Below, piece after piece: positions 23,377 through 27,535 of a stretch of 27,535 nucleotides of DNA (positions are counted from its first letter, which is position 1; each line of letters begins with the position of its first letter). Origin of the DNA: a virus. Lineage: Duplodnaviria > Caudoviricetes. The notes beneath the pieces were generated by a model. That model had not been told where the DNA came from. It ran no database searches and saw nothing but the letters and a program-made list of their open reading frames with translations. The stretch is taken from positions 1 to 27,535 of the IMG/VR virus record IMGVR_UViG_3300033076_000337, one strand, 5' to 3'. The position numbers and the translations under genes were made by a program.

Positions 23377-24493
23377 CTTGTTCTTCATTGCGCTTCATGA
23401 ACAAGCGCATCTTCTCTGGGTCTGGACTACTAGACATAAAGTTAAGTATTGGCAGTATCTCTGGTTGATACTCTTGCAATGGCGATAACTTCTTTACCAA
23501 AATCTCTTTGATGCCTGGATCAAGTGCCGCAATGCTTTGATCATATGGTGCATGTAGTAAGTTATACCAAACACTGGTGCCAATGTTCTTTACTATCTCG
23601 TTGGTAATTTCGTCTAAGTAGAATATGTTGTAGTTACTTATAGTTGCGTTAGTGCTTAATCTGATCCAACTGTGTTCTTTGAACTGCAAAACGTGTTCAC
23701 GTACCTTATCCCATTTGCTAGGATAACGTTGGTAGTGATGACGTTCGCCGATATCGTCCACACTAACTTGAACATCTACTAATTTGAACTGCTTCCATAG
23801 TTCAATCTGTTCTGCGTTGGGCATGATACTGCCATTTGTGTTATAATGAATAGTTTGATTCTTACTATAACCCCGCTCAACGCTGTGCTGTAGTATAGTC
23901 CACATGTTATCAATTAATAGTGGCTCGCCACCATACATGTCCATATGCTCAATGTTAGGCAATGCTTGCTCTAAATTGTTCCAAATGTTTTGATCTGGCT
24001 TCCAAGCATCACGCATGGCCTTAAAGGGCTTGTGAAATTCTATTTTACTTTCAGTGGGCTTACGCAGGTCGTGCCATTCGTCGATCCATTGGCTACTATT
24101 CCATGGATTACAGATGCGACATTTCAAGTTGCACAAGTTGCCCATCTTTAAGTCTACAATCTTAATAACGTGTTCGCCTGTTGCGATAGACTTAGAGCCG
24201 TTTAAGTACTCTTTACTGTCTCGCATACGCTTACTGTTTTGGCCAGCACGTTCTTCATCCCAACAACGCTTGCAGTTAGGGTGCTTAAATCCAATGTTCA
24301 AGTCTCTACGTAGCTTGTCCATCCATGGACTATCAAAGGCTTCCTGCATACTGTCTTGGCTAGGCCGATATGACGATCCGTCTTCCTTGCGTATAGCAAG
24401 TTCACTCATACAACAAGTCTTATAGTGCCCATCTGGTGTGGTACTAATTGCGGCATGAGGATGTATGCAGAATGTTTGCTTGTTAATATACAT
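23303..24493 (-). CDS. radical SAM protein with N-terminal twitch/SPASM-like domain
   Basis: 'FCIHP...TCC...CKRC', 'CNLKCRIC', 'GGEP'. Start 24493 or 24496. Confidence 0.9.
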   Translation of the reverse strand: MYINKQTFCIHPHAAISTTPDGHYKTCCMSELAIRKEDGSSYRPSQDSMQEAFDSPWMDKLRRDLNIGFKHPNCKRCWDEERAGQNSKRMRDSKEYLNGSKSIATGEHVIKIVDLKMGNLCNLKCRICNPWNSSQWIDEWHDLRKPTESKIEFHKPFKAMRDAWKPDQNIWNNLEQALPNIEHMDMYGGEPLLIDNMWTILQHSVERGYSKNQTIHYNTNGSIMPNAEQIELWKQFKLVDVQVSVDDIGERHHYQRYPSKWDKVREHVLQFKEHSWIRLSTNATISNYNIFYLDEITNEIVKNIGTSVWYNLLHAPYDQSIAALDPGIKEILVKKLSPLQEYQPEILPILNFMSSSPDPEKMRLFMKRNEEQDEYRKQSFKQTFPEWYEILRSYYQ

Positions 24494-25697
24494 CATACCA
24501 TTCCTTAAACCATGGATGCAAGTTCAATAAGTTTTGTTTACGGTTTGCATCCATAAACTTCATACGCTTGATAAAGTCTTGTTTGTCTTTTTCGTCTGGC
24601 TCTGGCAAGAACGCAACCTTTTCTAATGTCTTAACTAGGTTAGATAGTGCGTAGTGATTACTATAACGTTGATTAATATGCTCTACACCTTGTAGGGCTA
24701 GTCTCATTCTGTTGCTACCAGGAACAACTTCTGGACGCATACATGTAGGATGATCCACATTGATAACAAAGATGTTAAAGTCTAGTTCGCCTACTAGGAT
24801 ATCAGCAGTACCTTTAATACTAGGTAGTGTAAGATTGCTTAGTGTAGTGTGTATGCAGGTCTTGTTATTAGGACGCTGGCTGGACCAGTACTTTAGTTCT
24901 TTAAGGTTACTGTAAATCTTGTCCCATTTAGCAGGCCAGCGGACATACTCGTAGTATTCTTCTACACCGTCAATGCTGGCGTTTAGGTTAACTTCTTTAA
25001 AGTGACTCCACTTTTCGTACCACTTGCTACCAATGGTAGTAATGTTGCTATTGTACTCTAAGGAAATGTTCTTGGCAAAGTTTAGTTCAATTAGTAAATC
25101 TAAGAACTCTTCTTGCTCGTCCATGATTAATGGCTCACCACCAATGATGTAAACGCTTTTTAAATCATGTCCTTGTTCACGGACAACATCAAACAATCTG
25201 CTACTCTTAACCCAGCTGGTCTTTTCTAGAAAGTCCATGTCGATTACAGTATATGCGTTGGCAGGATCTTTGTTTACTTCCTGTGCTAACAAGCTACTAC
25301 TATATGGATGACACATACGGCAAGCAAGGTTACATTTATTACCAAAGTCTAGCTCCAGTCGTTCTAATTTAACTGTGGCATCACCCTGCTTAATGTTCTT
25401 GTACGTGTCGGGGAACCTGTATGTGTTATTGATTTGTCTATAACTCTCGGCACCAATGTCTTCTAGTTTCCAGCATCGTTCACATTGTACTGGCTTATGG
25501 CCAGCAAGCATTATGTCCCTTACTTTTTGTATAGCAACACCTTGTTGCCATTGTAAGTTAGGACGTTGTGTTACTGGGCCTGGCCAGCCTTCACCACTGA
25601 GACCGCCATTGATTGCATTACAACATAGGCGTTGGTGCCCGCTTTGACCAATGCTTAGTGTGTTAAAGGGTAATACGCATAGTGTATCATTTGACAT
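24483..25697 (-). CDS. radical SAM protein with N-terminal twitch/SPASM-like domain
   Basis: 'LCVLPF...LCC...CERC', 'CNLACRMC', 'GGEP'. Confidence 0.9.
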   Translation of the reverse strand: MSNDTLCVLPFNTLSIGQSGHQRLCCNAINGGLSGEGWPGPVTQRPNLQWQQGVAIQKVRDIMLAGHKPVQCERCWKLEDIGAESYRQINNTYRFPDTYKNIKQGDATVKLERLELDFGNKCNLACRMCHPYSSSLLAQEVNKDPANAYTVIDMDFLEKTSWVKSSRLFDVVREQGHDLKSVYIIGGEPLIMDEQEEFLDLLIELNFAKNISLEYNSNITTIGSKWYEKWSHFKEVNLNASIDGVEEYYEYVRWPAKWDKIYSNLKELKYWSSQRPNNKTCIHTTLSNLTLPSIKGTADILVGELDFNIFVINVDHPTCMRPEVVPGSNRMRLALQGVEHINQRYSNHYALSNLVKTLEKVAFLPEPDEKDKQDFIKRMKFMDANRKQNLLNLHPWFKEWYDVY

Positions 25698-27033
25698 ATT
25701 TCATGCAATCTTTCAAAAAGTTTTCGTATTCTGGAAATGTTTTAATAAAGTCAGTGCCACGCCTGCGGTCGTGTTCCATAAAGAATCTGTAGAAGTCTGC
25801 TTTAGCATTGATTTCTCGTACAAGAGACAATGTGTGCTTCTTGAAATGTGTACGCACACGTTCCATGCGCTCTACTTCTACTTCACTGAATCCTTTATTT
25901 AGATGTTGTTTCATAAATGCAATATCTGCATCTATGTACTTTACAAAGTCCGGTGGCAATATGCTAATGCTCCAGTGGTCGGGTTCTTTCAAGTGAGGAG
26001 TAATGAACTCAACTCTATTACCATACAGTTGACGCCACTCTAATATCTTTTGCAGTAGTTGATTAAAGCTGGGCAGTACCATGTTATTGTATGTTACCAT
26101 AATTTCAACGCTGGCATTGATATCTTTAAAGTTATCCATGATAGTTTTAAAGTTCTGTTCCCATACTGCACAGTCTAATCCAGAACGAATATACTCAGCA
26201 GGCTTACCCCATGTGTCAATGCTAACGTGCATACGATAGTTCTTGATTGCTTTCTTTGTAAGCAATGTACGCACACGTTCGCTTAGACGTTCTATCAGTG
26301 CAGGCTTAACTCCTAAGTTACTGTTAATCAACAAGGTAAGATGTGGAGCAGGTTCTGCTTCTAGCTTATCAAGTAGTTGCCATGTATTTTGATTAAGCAT
26401 AGGCTCACCACCAGTAATACGTAGCGTTTGTAAATCTTTAACTAGACTAGGCCACCATGCCCAAAAGGCTTTTACGTAAGGATTACTTTCGTCATCACTT
26501 TCGTAGTATTCCCTGTCTTTAATAAAATCTATACTGTACTGTTTGGTCAGCACAGGAAATGGACCATTTGCTTTAATGTCGTTGATCCAACTGTTACTGA
26601 CTGTAGGTGTGCAATACCCGCACATAAAGTTACACACGTTGCCAAAGTTAACTTCAATGAACTTAGGATTAAAGTCTGCACCGGGATCTAAGTTTTTGAC
26701 AACTTCATATACATCCATGTCATTGGCGCTGTTGATAACTCGGTCACTGATGTGTCCGTTGTCTTCTACTTGCCAACAAAAGTTACACTCGCCTGGTCTC
26801 TTACCATCCAGCATTTCTGCTCTGCGTTCTTTTTTGTGCGCTGTGTTATGTAAGCCTGCAGGTGTGCGCTTGATATCTTTTATATCAATCTTATGCGGAT
26901 GCGGATGATAGCAACTATGGTTATCGCCCGTTTGCAAATACAATGTTTGCTGTGTCCACTTGAGTAAACAAAAGCCCTGTCCTACTTGGTCTAGTTTATC
27001 TCGTACGGATTTTAATCTGTCTAAATCAGCCAT
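25687..27033 (-). CDS. radical SAM protein with variant N-terminal twitch-like domain, 448 aa
   Basis: 'FCLLKW...HSCYHP...CNFC', 'CNFMCGYC', 'TGGEP'. Start reassigned to ATG 27033 (8-nt overlap with the upstream stop). Confidence 0.9.
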   Translation of the reverse strand: MADLDRLKSVRDKLDQVGQGFCLLKWTQQTLYLQTGDNHSCYHPHPHKIDIKDIKRTPAGLHNTAHKKERRAEMLDGKRPGECNFCWQVEDNGHISDRVINSANDMDVYEVVKNLDPGADFNPKFIEVNFGNVCNFMCGYCTPTVSNSWINDIKANGPFPVLTKQYSIDFIKDREYYESDDESNPYVKAFWAWWPSLVKDLQTLRITGGEPMLNQNTWQLLDKLEAEPAPHLTLLINSNLGVKPALIERLSERVRTLLTKKAIKNYRMHVSIDTWGKPAEYIRSGLDCAVWEQNFKTIMDNFKDINASVEIMVTYNNMVLPSFNQLLQKILEWRQLYGNRVEFITPHLKEPDHWSISILPPDFVKYIDADIAFMKQHLNKGFSEVEVERMERVRTHFKKHTLSLVREINAKADFYRFFMEHDRRRGTDFIKTFPEYENFLKDCMKYVK

Positions 27034-27535
27034 TTGTTTGTGTCTTGTGATGTTGGCTTCCCAACTCACCGTTGTCCAGTTTGTTCCATTCTTTGCCACA
27101 GCAGGTACTACATTGTCTGCTACGCATATTGTGGCCTTTGTAAATGCTACGTGGCAGGAACCTATCAAAGAACTGCCCTTTGAGAATTTGTGGCAATGTG
27201 TTCTTATGCAAACTTAGTGTATCCATGCCGCCTGCTAGCTCGATCATTTGAATACTTGCATCATCACTAATGTTCTTGAACGCCGCACCTTGTTTAGCAA
27301 CTTCCCACGGACGGTCGTCACTGATATGACGCCACGGCTCACCACCGATAAAGCAACATGGGAATACATGGCCGCTGGCACTAACAAATATTTCATTGAG
27401 TTGGTTGTTGCCACCCTTTTCGTGATGCTGTGCCCTGCAACTAACTTCGATGTCATTGTGCTTGAACTTGACCCATTCGTTTTTCTCGTTGTCCCATTCT
27501 CTGTGCTCAAGGCTAATCTGTTGCATCTTATCAAA
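27026..27535 (-). CDS. 3' part of a radical SAM/SPASM-like protein truncated by the window edge
   Basis: 'SC...EIFVSASGHVFPCCF...QCSTCCG' is a C-terminal twitch/SPASM Cys pattern. The frame stays open to the edge; the radical-SAM core itself is not visible. Confidence 0.7.
   Translation of the reverse strand, partial: FDKMQQISLEHREWDNEKNEWVKFKHNDIEVSCRAQHHEKGGNNQLNEIFVSASGHVFPCCFIGGEPWRHISDDRPWEVAKQGAAFKNISDDASIQMIELAGGMDTLSLHKNTLPQILKGQFFDRFLPRSIYKGHNMRSRQCSTCCGKEWNKLDNGELGSQHHKTQTNG

Noticed and set aside
27026-27168. Apparent 143-nt overlap or frameshift between the 493-aa and 166-aa ORFs
   Set aside because: Artefact of the ORF caller's upstream start. ATG 27033 gives a normal 8-nt overlap, and the 166-aa ORF is the tail of a gene cut by the window edge.
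598-27217. Many plus-strand ORFs (e.g. 1341-1994, 18797-19249, 19182-19604)
   Set aside because: They are antisense shadows of well-supported minus-strand genes and have no recognisable motifs.
1-27535. Alternative genetic code (stop-codon reassignment), as in some large phages
   Set aside because: Long conserved genes translate intact in the standard code and coding density is near complete.

Overview
This window looks like part of a large lytic dsDNA tailed-phage genome with a T4-like replication module. Genes are densely packed and essentially all on the minus strand, with many ATGA/TAATG overlaps. In transcription order (right to left): (1) at least five tandem radical-SAM genes with twitch/SPASM-type Cys motifs; (2) a GH24 lysozyme with an unusual insertion, followed by an unannotated 15-aa CxxC micro-ORF; (3) a DsbA-like dsDNA-binding protein, family-B DNA polymerase and sliding clamp; (4) a 7-deazaguanine DNA-modification locus (DpdA/TGT-like transglycosylase, QueD-paralog/DpdL-like protein, FolE, QueE) interleaved with a Gfo/Idh/MocA oxidoreductase, Zn-MDR dehydrogenase, GT-B glycosyltransferase, cytidylyltransferase, PRTase, HIT and GNAT; (5) a T4 RNase H-like nuclease and small conserved phage genes; (6) a region with near-consensus sigma70 promoters driving a nucleotidyltransferase, small ORFs and a ParB/DGQH-like + HNH pair. 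The best candidate for an undescribed system is a sugar-decorated 7-deazaguanine DNA hypermodification pathway. Its transglycosylase carries nearly the same C-terminal peptide as the polymerase's putative clamp-binding tail (FNSLFE vs FNLLFE), which suggests replisome-coupled base exchange. All family assignments come from motif recognition by eye; no searches were run. No tRNA, rRNA, CRISPR array or transposase was seen.
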